DNA of 64,000 nt from Candidatus Mediterraneibacter avicola (GCA_019115385.1 DXDR01000097.1:18694-82693), one strand, 5' to 3'; counted from the stretch's first letter, positions 37,695-48,307 are shown. Program-made: numbers and translations. The notes: a model not told the origin generated them from the letters alone.

Positions 37695-38570
37695 ATGGAA
37701 ATTATCATCGAAAATCTGAATAAAAAATATGGGAAACAGGAAGTCCTGAACAACATAAACCTGAATATTCCCGTTGGCCTGTATGGATTATTGGGAGAAA
37801 ACGGAGCCGGGAAAACAACGCTGATGCGTATTCTTGCGACTGTTTCAGAGCCGTCGTCAGGGACAGTAAAAATAAACGGGATTGACATAAAACAGAAAAA
37901 GGAAATCCGAAAAATAATAGGCTATCTTCCACAGGAATTTTCTGTTTATCCTAATATGAGCGTCTGTTCCGCTCTTGATTATCTGGGTATTTTGTCCGAA
38001 CTTCCAAAACAGGAACGGAAAACCCGGGTGAATGAAGTCCTGAAGCAGGTGAATCTGGAGCAGCAAAGGAATAAAAAATTTAAAAATCTGTCCGGTGGCA
38101 TGAAACGCCGTTTTGGGATCGCACAGGCTTTGTTAAATAACCCGAAGGTTCTGATCATTGATGAGCCTACAGCCGGGCTTGACCCGGAAGAAAGGCTGCG
38201 GTTTTATAATCTGCTGAGTGAACTGGCAGCAGAACGCATTATTTTATTGTCCACCCATATTGCCGCAGATATTGAAGCAGCCTGTTCAAAAACAGCTGTA
38301 CTGTATGACGGTAAAGTTATTTTTGCGGGCGATATGCCGGAACTGTTGAAAATCGGAGCAAACAAAGTATATACCACTACACTTTTGCAGAGTGAACTAA
38401 GCGGTTTTAAAAAGAGATATCCTGTTATCAGCGTCCATCAAAACGGGGAAGACATCTCCTGCCGTTTCCTGGCGGACGAGCCGCCGCAAATACAAAGCGT
38501 TCCCTGCGAAGCGACCGTCCTGGACAGTTATATGTATCTGTTGTCTGATTATAAGCGGGAGGTGGGATAA
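37695..38570 (+). CDS. ABC transporter ATP-binding protein (ABC-2 export type)
   Basis: GENGAGKTT, LSGGMKRR, IIDEPT, STH. Confidence 0.94.
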   Translation: MEIIIENLNKKYGKQEVLNNINLNIPVGLYGLLGENGAGKTTLMRILATVSEPSSGTVKINGIDIKQKKEIRKIIGYLPQEFSVYPNMSVCSALDYLGILSELPKQERKTRVNEVLKQVNLEQQRNKKFKNLSGGMKRRFGIAQALLNNPKVLIIDEPTAGLDPEERLRFYNLLSELAAERIILLSTHIAADIEAACSKTAVLYDGKVIFAGDMPELLKIGANKVYTTTLLQSELSGFKKRYPVISVHQNGEDISCRFLADEPPQIQSVPCEATVLDSYMYLLSDYKREVG

Positions 38571-39965
38571 GTGCTGTTTATAAAGGAATTAAGAAAAATA
38601 TGTTTCAGTTTTGTGTATGTCCTCTTTTTAGGGCTGCTTTTATTCAGCTGGCATAACAGTTTCTATGGAGTGACGGAGAAAGAGATCTCTGCTGCCCGGG
38701 GAGAGGAATCTTCTGTTTATACAGAAATTGCCGGAGGTTCTGTTCTGAAAAAACCGCAGAAAAATGCCGGAAGCTATGGCTCCAGGAAAAAGGAAGTACC
38801 GGAGAAAATCATGTGCGGGGGAACGGATATCTTAATCATAGAGTATTTAAAAAATTCATATGCAACATATCCGTTTAACTACTATAAAGAGGTGGTATTA
38901 AGCGAAGAAGAGCAGAGTAAAATTTTAAGTATTATTGAAGAAATAACGGGATTGACGGAAGAAGAGATAAATCACCTCCCCGATGACTATTTTCCCGCGG
39001 TGAACGGAAATATTATCCACTTTGAAAATTCCGATGTTCAATATGAAGACGGCAGCTTTACGTTTGAAGGGGAAGACAACAACGCCCCGGAAGATACAGA
39101 CGACGATACAAAGCATTTTATATCACAGGTATCATACGAAAGATTTAAGGAACTTATGTCGGAAGCAGAAAGCATTATCGGCGCCGGCTCCAATTATTCT
39201 ATGGATATGCTGACCGAGTATTATGGACAGGTGGAGATGACCTATGACGAGGCGCTGGAAGAATATAACAAAACAATCAATGACGACAAAGTCAGCGGCG
39301 CTTTTGCCAGGCTGTTCTGCGATTACATGACAAGAGCGCTGGGGTTATACCCTGTTTTTATTGCCGCGGCCTTCTGGCTGAAAGACCGCCATAGCCGTAT
39401 GCATGAGCTGATCAACAGCAGGCAGATGAAAACGGCAAAACTGGTCCTTGCACGGTTTTCAGCTATACTTACAGCGGTTATGATACCAGTGGTTCTTCTG
39501 AGCTTTGAGTCATTGATCCCTCTGTTAAGATATTCCGCTGATACGGGAATTGCAATAGACGTATTTGCATTTATAAAATATATTTTGTGGTGGCTGCTGC
39601 CTGTCGCAAGTATCGTTACGGCACTGGGGACATTTCTGACAATTCTGACTTCCACACCGCTGGCAGTCCTTGTTCAGTTTGTCTGGTGGTTTGTGGATTC
39701 GGCGGTTACAGGGTTAACAGGAGATACAAAATGGTATACGCTGATGATACGTCATAATCTGCTGAGCGGTTCTGAAATCATCAGGCAAAATCTTATTGTT
39801 ATCTGGCTGAACCGCGGTCTGCTCATGCTGATGTCCGTGCTGCTGCTATGGTTGTCTGTGATCGTATATGAGAAAAAAAGAGGAGGAAAATTGGAATATG
39901 AGTACACCATGCAAAGGCATTGGAGAATTCTTAAGAATCGATTTCCCGCTTGTTTACAGAAATAG
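38571..39965 (+). CDS. ABC permease with a large extracytoplasmic domain
   Basis: One N-terminal TM, ~200-aa acidic loop, then ~5 TM; directly abuts the ATPase gene. Confidence 0.8.
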   Translation: MLFIKELRKICFSFVYVLFLGLLLFSWHNSFYGVTEKEISAARGEESSVYTEIAGGSVLKKPQKNAGSYGSRKKEVPEKIMCGGTDILIIEYLKNSYATYPFNYYKEVVLSEEEQSKILSIIEEITGLTEEEINHLPDDYFPAVNGNIIHFENSDVQYEDGSFTFEGEDNNAPEDTDDDTKHFISQVSYERFKELMSEAESIIGAGSNYSMDMLTEYYGQVEMTYDEALEEYNKTINDDKVSGAFARLFCDYMTRALGLYPVFIAAAFWLKDRHSRMHELINSRQMKTAKLVLARFSAILTAVMIPVVLLSFESLIPLLRYSADTGIAIDVFAFIKYILWWLLPVASIVTALGTFLTILTSTPLAVLVQFVWWFVDSAVTGLTGDTKWYTLMIRHNLLSGSEIIRQNLIVIWLNRGLLMLMSVLLLWLSVIVYEKKRGGKLEYEYTMQRHWRILKNRFPACLQK

Positions 39966-40536
39966 CATCATACTGGCGGCTGCTTATCTGCTGCTTATTC
40001 CTGCCATCCGTGGAATAAGCAACTTAAATAATATACAGTCGGCTCAGTGTCTGGCACAGTCGGTATCTTTCGCAGGAATCATTCTCTTTGTACCGATCCT
40101 CAGACCGGAGATGGTATCCGCCCTCAAAGAAATCGTTTGCACGAAGCCCTGGATGTATTTGAAGACTATTGTTATTCGTATTGTCTGCAGTCTGCTGCTG
40201 GCGGCGTTTTTTATCATAATATTTGCCTGTGTTATGCAAGTGCAGGGATGCAGGTTCCCGTTTTGGAGTTTCGCCGGAGTTACCATACTGTATGCCGGAT
40301 TTATGGGATTAATTGGGCTTGTGGCGGCGCAGCTTGGAAACAGTACAATCCCGGGGTATCTGACCGCGCTGGGGTACTGGTCGGCCTGTCAGATGCAGGT
40401 CATACAGGAGAAAGATATATTTTACTTCTTTCCGATCGTGAACGGCCAGATGAATAATGGAAAAGTATTCATGCTGATAACTGTAGATATAGTATTGGCT
40501 TTTCTGGTTTATATTCTGATAAATAAAAAAATATAA
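39898..40536 (+). CDS. Second ABC membrane subunit
   Basis: About 6 TM segments; GAGGAGG upstream; overlaps the preceding gene. Confidence 0.7.
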   Translation: MSTPCKGIGEFLRIDFPLVYRNSIILAAAYLLLIPAIRGISNLNNIQSAQCLAQSVSFAGIILFVPILRPEMVSALKEIVCTKPWMYLKTIVIRIVCSLLLAAFFIIIFACVMQVQGCRFPFWSFAGVTILYAGFMGLIGLVAAQLGNSTIPGYLTALGYWSACQMQVIQEKDIFYFFPIVNGQMNNGKVFMLITVDIVLAFLVYILINKKI

Positions 40537-40545
40537 AAATCTCAG

Positions 40546-40579
40546 AGGGATTGCCGCAAAATGCAGCAGTCCCTTTTTT
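40546..40579 (+). terminator. Terminator of the ABC cassette
   Basis: AGGGATTGC...GCAGTCCCT + TTTTT. Confidence 0.75.
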
Positions 40580-40597
40580 GCCGGTCAAATTCCAGAA

Positions 40598-40626
40598 TTG
40601 AAAATCTCCAGTGGTTATGATAGAAT
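40598..40626 (+). promoter_or_regulatory. sigma-A promoter for pyrE
   Basis: TTGAAA-17-TAGAAT with an extended TG. Confidence 0.6.
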
Positions 40627-40723
40627 TGAAAAGAATTTAAGGAATCATTTTCCTGATTTTACCAGAGGATGAAAATAGAAAGTAAGGGCGTAAAAAGCCT
40701 GTAAATATGGAGGTTTTAAAGAT

Positions 40724-41404
40724 ATGGAACAGTATAAGCAGGAATTTATCGAGTTTATGGTGGACAGCGACGTGCTCAAGTTTGGTGAGTTTACGTTAAA
40801 GAGCGGCAGAAAATCCCCGTTCTTTATGAACGCGGGAGCATATGTGACCGGCTCTCAGTTAAAGAAACTGGGGGAGTATTACGCAAAGGCAATCCATGAC
40901 AGATATGGGGATGATTTTGACGTGCTGTTCGGGCCGGCGTACAAAGGAATTCCTCTCGGAGTCGTAACGGCCATCGCGTACAGTGAACTGTACGGAAAAG
41001 AAGTCCGCTACTGCTCCGACCGCAAGGAAGAAAAAGACCACGGTGCTGATAAAGGAAGTTTCCTGGGAAGCAAATTAAAGGACGGCGACCGTGTGATCAT
41101 GATCGAGGATGTAACCACATCCGGCAAATCAATGGAGGAGACTGTGCCGAAGGTGAGAGGCGCTGCCGACGTTACGATCGCAGGCCTTATGGTATCGCTG
41201 AACCGTATGGAAGTAGGAAAAGGCGGTGAAAAATGCGCGCTGGATGAGATCAGAGACTTATATGGATTTGAAACGGCGGCGATCGTTACAATGGATGAAG
41301 TTGTAGAGCATCTCTACAATAAACCGTATCACGGGAAAGTTGTCATAGATGATACATTAAAAGCGGCGATTGATGCATACTATGAAACATATGGTGTCAG
41401 ATAA
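40724..41404 (+). CDS. pyrE: Orotate phosphoribosyltransferase
   Basis: KFGEFTLKSGRKSP, FGPAYKGIP, DRKEEKDHG, MIEDVTTSG. Confidence 0.96.
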   Translation: MEQYKQEFIEFMVDSDVLKFGEFTLKSGRKSPFFMNAGAYVTGSQLKKLGEYYAKAIHDRYGDDFDVLFGPAYKGIPLGVVTAIAYSELYGKEVRYCSDRKEEKDHGADKGSFLGSKLKDGDRVIMIEDVTTSGKSMEETVPKVRGAADVTIAGLMVSLNRMEVGKGGEKCALDEIRDLYGFETAAIVTMDEVVEHLYNKPYHGKVVIDDTLKAAIDAYYETYGVR

Positions 41405-41417
41405 GGAGGCGCATTTT

Positions 41418-41567
41418 ATGGAAAAAGCTTATCTTGCTATGAAAAAAAGCGGAACAGGAAGTCTTGTTCTCGGAATTGTCATTTTGGTTGTGGGGCTGAC
41501 GGCAGGAATCCTTTCCATTGTAAACGGCGCAGCTTTGCTGAAAAATAAAAAGAATATTACATTTTAA
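41418..41567 (+). CDS. Small membrane protein (49 aa)
   Basis: AAGGAGG RBS; hydrophobic core SLVLGIVILVVGLTAGILSIVNGAALL. Confidence 0.7.
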   Translation: MEKAYLAMKKSGTGSLVLGIVILVVGLTAGILSIVNGAALLKNKKNITF

Positions 41568-41582
41568 CGGGGGACAGACACT

Positions 41583-41611
41583 TTTCAAAAGGGGTCAGTC
41601 CCCTTTTGAAA
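41583..41611. repeat. Intergenic palindrome, copy 3 (one central mismatch)
   Basis: TTTCAAAAGGGGTCAGTCCCCTTTTGAAA. Confidence 0.85.
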
Positions 41612-41647
41612 GAGCCTGTTTCTTCCGGTCTTGAGGAGCTATAGATT

Positions 41648-42124
41648 TTGAGTCGAAAAAGTGTAAGGATTATCAGGACGTTTGGAAAGGTCCTGTTTGT
41701 TTTATATATATTTTTTCTGGTATACTTTCTGTTCCTGGCCGAGTGGTACGGACGGACAGGCATGGCGGAAGAATACCGGTATAATCTGGAATTATTTAAA
41801 GAGATCAGGCGTTTTATTACATACAGGGAACAGCTTGGAATGTTTGCGGTATTTGCTAATCTATTCGGGAACATTCTTATTTTTGTGCCGTATGGATTTT
41901 TTATCTCCATGGCAGCGGTCCGGAGGGGATTTTTCAAAACCTTATTCTACAGTTTCGGCCTGAGCCTCTGTGTGGAAGTCGTTCAGCTTTTTACGCGGGT
42001 GGGGAGCTTTGATGTGGATGATATCCTGCTGAATACGATCGGCGGGGTGCTTGGATATATTTTGTTTGTGATATGCAATGTGATAAGGAGAAGATATCAT
42101 GTTCGGAGACAAAAAAAGCGCTGA
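41648..42124 (+). CDS. VanZ-family membrane protein
   Basis: YNLELF, NLFGNILIFVPYGF, EVVQLFTRVGSFDVDDILLNTIGG. Confidence 0.9.
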   Translation: MSRKSVRIIRTFGKVLFVLYIFFLVYFLFLAEWYGRTGMAEEYRYNLELFKEIRRFITYREQLGMFAVFANLFGNILIFVPYGFFISMAAVRRGFFKTLFYSFGLSLCVEVVQLFTRVGSFDVDDILLNTIGGVLGYILFVICNVIRRRYHVRRQKKR

Positions 42125-42473
42125 GAAGAAGCGCAGGGAAAAGGAGAGAAAAAAGCGGGGAGCCAGAAAATACGGCCAGGCGCATTTTAGGCAGTCGCGC
42201 CTGGGAGTTGTTTCCTGCTGCTGTGCCGGAGCGGGCCTTCTCATTCTTGTGGGCTGCATCGGATATGCATACCTGACCAGAGGGCTTGCCGCGGGCATTG
42301 TGGGCGGCGCTGCGGTGACGGCAATGATCGTGCTGATCTACGGGATCCGTTCTGCCGTGCGCGGATTTAAGGAACGGGAGAAGAGTTATCTTACATGTAA
42401 AATCGGACTGCCGGCAAATGCGCTTGTGCTGCTTGTATTTCTGGCAATCTTTATAGGAGGCATGAAAGGATGA
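42099..42473 (+). CDS. Small membrane protein (DUF6142-like)
   Basis: Basic N-terminus, 3 TM segments, E.EKSY..CKIG motif; family label recalled from memory only. Confidence 0.6.
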   Translation: MFGDKKSAEKKRREKERKKRGARKYGQAHFRQSRLGVVSCCCAGAGLLILVGCIGYAYLTRGLAAGIVGGAAVTAMIVLIYGIRSAVRGFKEREKSYLTCKIGLPANALVLLVFLAIFIGGMKG

Positions 42474-44563
42474 GCAGAGAAGAACGATTAAAAGAGAAAA
42501 ATGACCAGTGCAGAGAGAGACACGCTCTTGCGGTAAACCGGCTGAGAGCAATGGCATCTGAGGAGACGGTTGCGGAGAAATACCTGATTTATTTTCAGGA
42601 TGCTTCTATCTTTCTTCTCGAGCTGGAAAATGTCAGGCGGAAGATCGCAGACAGGAGCTGGGAGCACTACAGCCTGAAACAGAAGCAGAGCCTCAATGAA
42701 ATCCTGTACAGCGCGGTACTGGAGGGACATTATGAAAAGAGCTACGCCAATCCTGCTTACGCGGCAAAGGAAATGGGACTGGAGACAGGGCGGCTTCTAA
42801 GCCTGCTTTACGCAGAGATCCGAAGCGGCATTCCCTATGCCTTTGAGAACCGGATGGATTATCTGACCATACTGTATGAACTTTTTATCGAGGTGTACAA
42901 CTGCTTTGAAAATACCGAAGAGCCGGAACCGAAAGAAATCCGGGATATCCTCTACTGGTATGCAAGTGATTACAGCGATGTGTTCCTGGCAGACCGGATC
43001 GAGGAGCAGATCGATCCAGAGTGCTCTTTTGCGGCAGATATTATTGAACATGCGGATTTAGAGACGGATGATTACCTGTACCGTTTTGGCGAGTATATTA
43101 CGGAAAATGAGCTGGGAACGGCGCGCCATCTGCGGTCGCTGCCGGAAGATACGCTGAAAAAGATGGCGGATGTCTATACGGAAGGATACCGGATCGGCTT
43201 TATCAATACCGGTAAGGATCTTTCCATCAAATCTTCTGTCAATATCCGATATACGCTGGGATTTGAAAAGGTCATCCGGATCGCCATAGAAAATTTCAGA
43301 AAAATGGGACTTAAGCCGGTTATATACCGGGCTGCGTCCAGTGTGATCACAAAGCGGGAGCAGTACAAAATAGGTTATCACGGCGCCATTGCCAGCCAGC
43401 AGTATGAGTATGACCACCGCCAGGATCAGGCTCTGTTTATGGACAGACGCTACATTGAGCGGAGACTGGAAGTGGCGAAAACAGTATATGAAAAAAATAA
43501 AGAACTGGCTGCAGGATTTGCCGGCCCGGCTGTAATGGAGACTTTTGGCGAAAAGCCTTTTTCTCCGGAAGCAAATGAGACGGCTCCGGTGTACAGCGAG
43601 GCTCAGAGAAAGCTTGCCCTGGAATACGACAGCCGCTCGGGACAGCTGACAAACCGGTATATTAAGGGGGAAGAGAGAAGCTTTACGATCATTGCCTGGC
43701 CGGTTCCTGAGATCGGAGAGAACTATCCGCAAATTTTCAATGAGGTAATCCGGCTCAACACTCTGGATGCAGCGCTTTATACCAGAGTCCAGCAGATCCT
43801 GATCGATGCTTTGGATCAGGGAGATTATGTGCAGGTACGGGGAAAAGGACAGAACCAGACAGATATCCGGGTGAACTTGAGAGAACTGGACGACCCGGAG
43901 AAAGAAACGCTGTTTGAAAACTGTGTTGCGGATGTAAATATACCGGTGGGTGAGGTATTTACATCTCCGGCGCTGGAAGGAACCGAGGGCGTGCTCCACA
44001 TAAGCAGTGTTTATCTGGAAGGACTGCAGTTCCGGGATCTGAAGCTTACATTTAAAGAGGGCAGGATCGCAGACTATATCTGTGGTAATTTTGAAAACGA
44101 AGAAGAGAACAGAAAATATATCTATGACAATGTGCTGAAAAATCACGACACACTGCCGCTCGGAGAGTTCGCCATCGGAACAAATACGACGGCCTATGTA
44201 GCTGCAAGAAAATACGGCATTGAAGATAAAATGCCTATCCTGATCGCAGAAAAAACAGGCCCTCATTTTGCAGTGGGAGACACGTGCTATTCCTGGAGTG
44301 AAGACATCCGTGTGTACAATCCGAACGGAAAGGAGATCGTGGCGAAAGACAACTCCATCTCCATCCTGAGGAAGGAGGACGTGGACAAAGCATATTTCCA
44401 CTGTCATACAGATATAACCCTGCCTTATGATGAGTTAGAAGAAATAAGTGTAGTGACAAAAGAAGGGAAAGCAATTATACTATTAAAAGACGGAAAGTTT
44501 GTCTTACCGGGAACAGAAGTTTTAAACGAACCATTGGAGGAGGACATAAAATGCCAAAAGTAG
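42470..44563 (+). CDS. M29-family aminopeptidase with a long N-terminal extension
   Basis: NIPVGEVFTSP, GEFAIGTN, EKTGPHFAVG, HCHTDI in the C-terminal ~350 aa. Confidence 0.85.
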   Translation: MSREERLKEKNDQCRERHALAVNRLRAMASEETVAEKYLIYFQDASIFLLELENVRRKIADRSWEHYSLKQKQSLNEILYSAVLEGHYEKSYANPAYAAKEMGLETGRLLSLLYAEIRSGIPYAFENRMDYLTILYELFIEVYNCFENTEEPEPKEIRDILYWYASDYSDVFLADRIEEQIDPECSFAADIIEHADLETDDYLYRFGEYITENELGTARHLRSLPEDTLKKMADVYTEGYRIGFINTGKDLSIKSSVNIRYTLGFEKVIRIAIENFRKMGLKPVIYRAASSVITKREQYKIGYHGAIASQQYEYDHRQDQALFMDRRYIERRLEVAKTVYEKNKELAAGFAGPAVMETFGEKPFSPEANETAPVYSEAQRKLALEYDSRSGQLTNRYIKGEERSFTIIAWPVPEIGENYPQIFNEVIRLNTLDAALYTRVQQILIDALDQGDYVQVRGKGQNQTDIRVNLRELDDPEKETLFENCVADVNIPVGEVFTSPALEGTEGVLHISSVYLEGLQFRDLKLTFKEGRIADYICGNFENEEENRKYIYDNVLKNHDTLPLGEFAIGTNTTAYVAARKYGIEDKMPILIAEKTGPHFAVGDTCYSWSEDIRVYNPNGKEIVAKDNSISILRKEDVDKAYFHCHTDITLPYDELEEISVVTKEGKAIILLKDGKFVLPGTEVLNEPLEEDIKCQK

Positions 44564-45063
44564 GAATTGTAATGGGCAGCGATTCAGATCTGAAAGTGAT
44601 GAGCAAGGCTGCTTCCATGCTTGAAAAATTCGGGATTGACTATGAGATAACGATCATCTCTGCGCACCGCATGCCGGATGTGTTTTTTGAATGGGCGAAG
44701 TCTGCGGAAGACAGAGGGATCAAGGTGATCATCGCGGGAGCGGGAATGGCTGCGCATCTTCCGGGTATGTGCGCCGCACTTTTCCCCATGCCGGTTATCG
44801 GAGTGCCTATGTCAGGGAAAAATCTGGACGGTATGGATGCGCTTTATTCGATCGTACAGATGCCGCCGGGAATCCCGGTTGCCACAGTTGCCATTGACGG
44901 CGGAATGAACGCGGCTATCCTTGCGGCAAAGATCCTTGCAGTGTCCGATGAAGAGATTCTCGGAAAACTGAAAGCATATTCCGCAGAGATGAAGGATACG
45001 GTGCAGGCGAAAGCGGACAAGCTGAAAGAAGTGGGATATGAGGAGTACCTCAGCGGAAAATAG
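44551..45063 (+). CDS. purE: N5-CAIR mutase
   Basis: [37 protein letters not shown]. Confidence 0.97.
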   Translation: MPKVGIVMGSDSDLKVMSKAASMLEKFGIDYEITIISAHRMPDVFFEWAKSAEDRGIKVIIAGAGMAAHLPGMCAALFPMPVIGVPMSGKNLDGMDALYSIVQMPPGIPVATVAIDGGMNAAILAAKILAVSDEEILGKLKAYSAEMKDTVQAKADKLKEVGYEEYLSGK

Positions 45064-45077
45064 AAGGAGAGAGCACA

Positions 45078-46103
45078 ATGGATTATAAAAACGCAGGTGT
45101 TGACATAGAGGCCGGCTACAGATCGGTGGAACTTATGAAGGAGCATGTAAAGAAGACCATGCGCCCGGAGGTCCTGGGAGGACTGGGCGGGTTTTCCGGC
45201 GCTTTTTCTCTGGCAAAGATCAAAGAGATGGAGGAGCCTGTGCTCTTATCCGGGACTGACGGATGCGGCACAAAGGTAAAACTGGCCATGGTGCTGGACA
45301 AGCACGATACGATCGGTATTGACGCGGTGGCTATGTGTGTGAACGATATTGCATGCGCGGGCGGTGAGCCGCTGTTTTTCCTGGACTATATTGCGTGCGG
45401 GAAAAACGAGCCTGAAAAGATCGCAGAGATCGTAAAAGGCGTGGCAGAAGGATGCCTTCAGTCGGATGCAGCTCTGATCGGCGGTGAGACGGCGGAGCAT
45501 CCCGGACTGATGGACGAGGATGAGTATGATCTGGCAGGATTTGCCGTGGGAGTCTGCGACAAAAAGGATATGATCACAGGCGAAAACTTAAAGCCCGGAG
45601 ACGTGCTGATCGGTATGGCTTCTTCCGGTGTCCACAGCAATGGTTTCTCTCTCGTGAGAAAAGTATTTGACATGAGCAGAGAGTCTCTTGAAACTTATTA
45701 TGATAAGCTTGGATGTACTCTGGGCGAGGCGCTTCTCGCCCCGACAAAGATTTATGTAAAAGCCCTGAAGAGCATAAAAGAGGCCGGGGTTACAGTCAAG
45801 GCATGCAGCCATATTACAGGCGGCGGTTTTTATGAAAATGTACCCCGTATGCTGAAGGAAGGCACAAGGGCTGTAATACGCAAAGACAGCTATCCGGTGC
45901 CGCCTGTCTTTGATATGCTTGCTGAAGAAGGAAATATCGAAGAGCATATGATGTACAATACATACAACATGGGCCTGGGCATGGTATTGGCCGTAGACGA
46001 AGCGGATGTGGACAGAACAATGGAAGCTGTCCGCACTGCCGGTGAGTCTCCCTATGTGGTGGGACAGATTGAAGCCGGAGAAAAGGGTGTGGACTTATGC
46101 TGA
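45078..46103 (+). CDS. purM: AIR synthetase
   Basis: [51 protein letters not shown]. Confidence 0.97.
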   Translation: MDYKNAGVDIEAGYRSVELMKEHVKKTMRPEVLGGLGGFSGAFSLAKIKEMEEPVLLSGTDGCGTKVKLAMVLDKHDTIGIDAVAMCVNDIACAGGEPLFFLDYIACGKNEPEKIAEIVKGVAEGCLQSDAALIGGETAEHPGLMDEDEYDLAGFAVGVCDKKDMITGENLKPGDVLIGMASSGVHSNGFSLVRKVFDMSRESLETYYDKLGCTLGEALLAPTKIYVKALKSIKEAGVTVKACSHITGGGFYENVPRMLKEGTRAVIRKDSYPVPPVFDMLAEEGNIEEHMMYNTYNMGLGMVLAVDEADVDRTMEAVRTAGESPYVVGQIEAGEKGVDLC

Positions 46104-46753
46104 GACAGGATGCCCCGATGAAAATGGTCGTGATGGTATCAGGAGGCGGCACAAACCTTCAGGCCATTATAGACAGTATCAAAAACGGACAGATTACGAA
46201 CGCAGAGATTGCGGGAGTGATCAGCAATAACAAAAATGCGTATGCTCTGAAACGGGCGGAGGAGAACGGCATTCCGGGCAGATGCGTTTCCCCGAAAGAT
46301 TATGCTTCCCGGAAGGAATTTAATGAAAAGCTTCTGGAAACTGTGGAGGCATTTTCACCGGATCTGGTTGTCCTGGCGGGATTTCTTGTAGTGATCCCGC
46401 CGGCCATGATCGAACGCTACCGCAACCGGATGATCAATATTCATCCGTCTCTGATCCCCTCCTTCTGCGGCAAAGGCTACTATGGTCTGAAAGTCCACGA
46501 AGCGGCCCTTGCCCGGGGAGTAAAGGTAGTGGGAGCAACGGTACATTTTGTAGATGAGGGAACAGATACCGGCCCCATTATTTTGCAGAAAGCTGTGGAA
46601 GTGCAGCAGGGGGATACGCCGGAGATCCTGCAGAGGCGTGTCATGGAGCAGGCTGAGTGGAAGATTCTTCCAAGAGCCATTGACCTGATCGCAAATGGGA
46701 AAGTACAGGTTGTGGAAAACCGGACGATTATTGAAGAGGAGGATGCTTTATGA
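46097..46753 (+). CDS. purN: GAR transformylase
   Basis: [36 protein letters not shown]. Confidence 0.97.
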   Translation: MLRQDAPMKMVVMVSGGGTNLQAIIDSIKNGQITNAEIAGVISNNKNAYALKRAEENGIPGRCVSPKDYASRKEFNEKLLETVEAFSPDLVVLAGFLVVIPPAMIERYRNRMINIHPSLIPSFCGKGYYGLKVHEAALARGVKVVGATVHFVDEGTDTGPIILQKAVEVQQGDTPEILQRRVMEQAEWKILPRAIDLIANGKVQVVENRTIIEEEDAL

Positions 46754-48021
46754 AGGTACTGATAGTTGGAAGCGGCGGAAGAGAGCATGCCATTGCGGCA
46801 AGCGTGGCAAAAAGCCCCAGGGCGGACAAGATTTACTGCGCGCCGGGCAATGCGGGAATTGCAGAGTACGCAGAGTGCGTGGATATCGGGGCGATGGAGT
46901 TTGACAAACTGGCAGCTTTTGCAAAGGATAAAGAGATCGATCTGTGCATTGTGGGCATGGACGATCCGCTGGTAGGCGGTCTTGTCGACGTTCTGGAAGA
47001 GGCAGGGATCCGCACTTTCGGCCCGAGGAAAAATGCGGCGATCCTGGAAGGCTCCAAAGCATTTTCCAAAGATTTGATGAAGAAATATAATATTCCCACA
47101 GCTGCATATGAAAACTTTACAGACGCGGACAAAGCACTGGAATATCTGAAGACGGCCAGATTCCCTATCGTACTTAAGGCTGACGGACTTGCCCTTGGAA
47201 AAGGCGTCCTTATCTGCAAAAATCTTCAGGAAGCGGAAGAGGGCGTAAAGACCATCATGCTGGATAAGAAATTCGGCTCCGCCGGAAATGAGATGGTAAT
47301 CGAAGAGTTTATGACCGGCCGGGAAGTGTCGGTATTGTCTTTTGTGGACGGCAAAACGATCAAGACCATGACAAGCGCCCAGGATCACAAGCGTGCCGGA
47401 GACGGAGATACCGGGCTTAACACCGGCGGCATGGGAACCTTTTCACCCAGCCCCTTCTACACGAAAGAAGTGGAAGAATTCTGCGAGAAATATATCTATC
47501 AGCCCACGGTTGACGCTATGGCGTCGGAAGGCCGTCCCTTTAAGGGTGTAATTTTCTTCGGCCTTATGCTGACTGAAGACGGTCCGAAAGTGCTGGAGTA
47601 CAATGCGCGTTTCGGGGATCCGGAGGCGCAGGTAGTGCTTCCCCGTATGAAGAATGATATTCTCGATGTGGTGGAGGCGTGTATTGACGGAACCCTGGAT
47701 CAGATCGATCTGCAGTTCGAGGATAATGCAGCGGTCTGCGTTGTTCTCGCATCCGAGGGATATCCGGTGAAATACGACAAAGGATTTCCAATTTCCGGTC
47801 TGGATGAATTTAAGAAACATGAAGGCTATTACTGCTTCCACGCAGGAACAAAATTCGACGGCGACACGATCGTGACAAACGGCGGACGTGTGCTGGGCGT
47901 AACCGCAAAAGGCAAAGATCTGAAAGAAGCAAGGGCAAACGCATACGCCGCAACCGAGTGGGTGCAGTTTAAAAACAAATATATGCGCCACGATATCGGA
48001 AAAGCGATTGATGAGGCGTGA
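46750..48021 (+). CDS. purD: GAR synthetase
   Basis: VGSGGREHA, APGNAG, KADGLALGKGV, DHKR...GLNTGGMG, EYNARFGDPE, GGRVL. Confidence 0.97.
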   Translation: MKVLIVGSGGREHAIAASVAKSPRADKIYCAPGNAGIAEYAECVDIGAMEFDKLAAFAKDKEIDLCIVGMDDPLVGGLVDVLEEAGIRTFGPRKNAAILEGSKAFSKDLMKKYNIPTAAYENFTDADKALEYLKTARFPIVLKADGLALGKGVLICKNLQEAEEGVKTIMLDKKFGSAGNEMVIEEFMTGREVSVLSFVDGKTIKTMTSAQDHKRAGDGDTGLNTGGMGTFSPSPFYTKEVEEFCEKYIYQPTVDAMASEGRPFKGVIFFGLMLTEDGPKVLEYNARFGDPEAQVVLPRMKNDILDVVEACIDGTLDQIDLQFEDNAAVCVVLASEGYPVKYDKGFPISGLDEFKKHEGYYCFHAGTKFDGDTIVTNGGRVLGVTAKGKDLKEARANAYAATEWVQFKNKYMRHDIGKAIDEA

Positions 48022-48097
48022 AATTTGGATTTATCTGCGGCACTGGATTGGCAGGGCTTCCGAAAACAAACGGTTCCAGACTGTCCTGCAAGGCATA

Positions 48098-48307
48098 TTC
48101 GAAAATAAGAGGCGTGGGGGTTCGCTTCCGTTCCGCAGATGAAGAAAAACTATGAAACCTGACGATAGGCTAAAAGCAAAATTTACAACAGAAAACTCAC
48201 TCCGTTCGGACAATTCTGTTGTAAATTTTAACGCCCATCGTCAGGTTTCAAATTTTTCTAACATCCGCTCCAAAGTCAGCGAATCCCCCACGTCTCTTAT
48301 TTTCGAA
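48098..48307. repeat. ~210-bp nested inverted-repeat element (MITE-like or structured RNA) between convergent purD and trxA
   Basis: Arms 48098-48126/48278-48307, 48138-48170/48233-48265 and 48178-48193/48214-48229 (perfect 16 bp); 20-nt loop AACTCACTCCGTTCGGACAA. Confidence 0.85.

Noticed and set aside
41648-42124. vanZ as evidence of glycopeptide resistance
   Set aside because: No vanHAX/vanRS genes nearby; VanZ-like proteins are widespread housekeeping-context membrane proteins
43058-44407. Long antisense ORFs (e.g. 43058-44407, 52951-54453, 24997-25965, 54550-55506, 46480-47388)
   Set aside because: They lie wholly opposite well-supported genes and have no motifs; they are typical shadow ORFs of GC3-biased coding sequence
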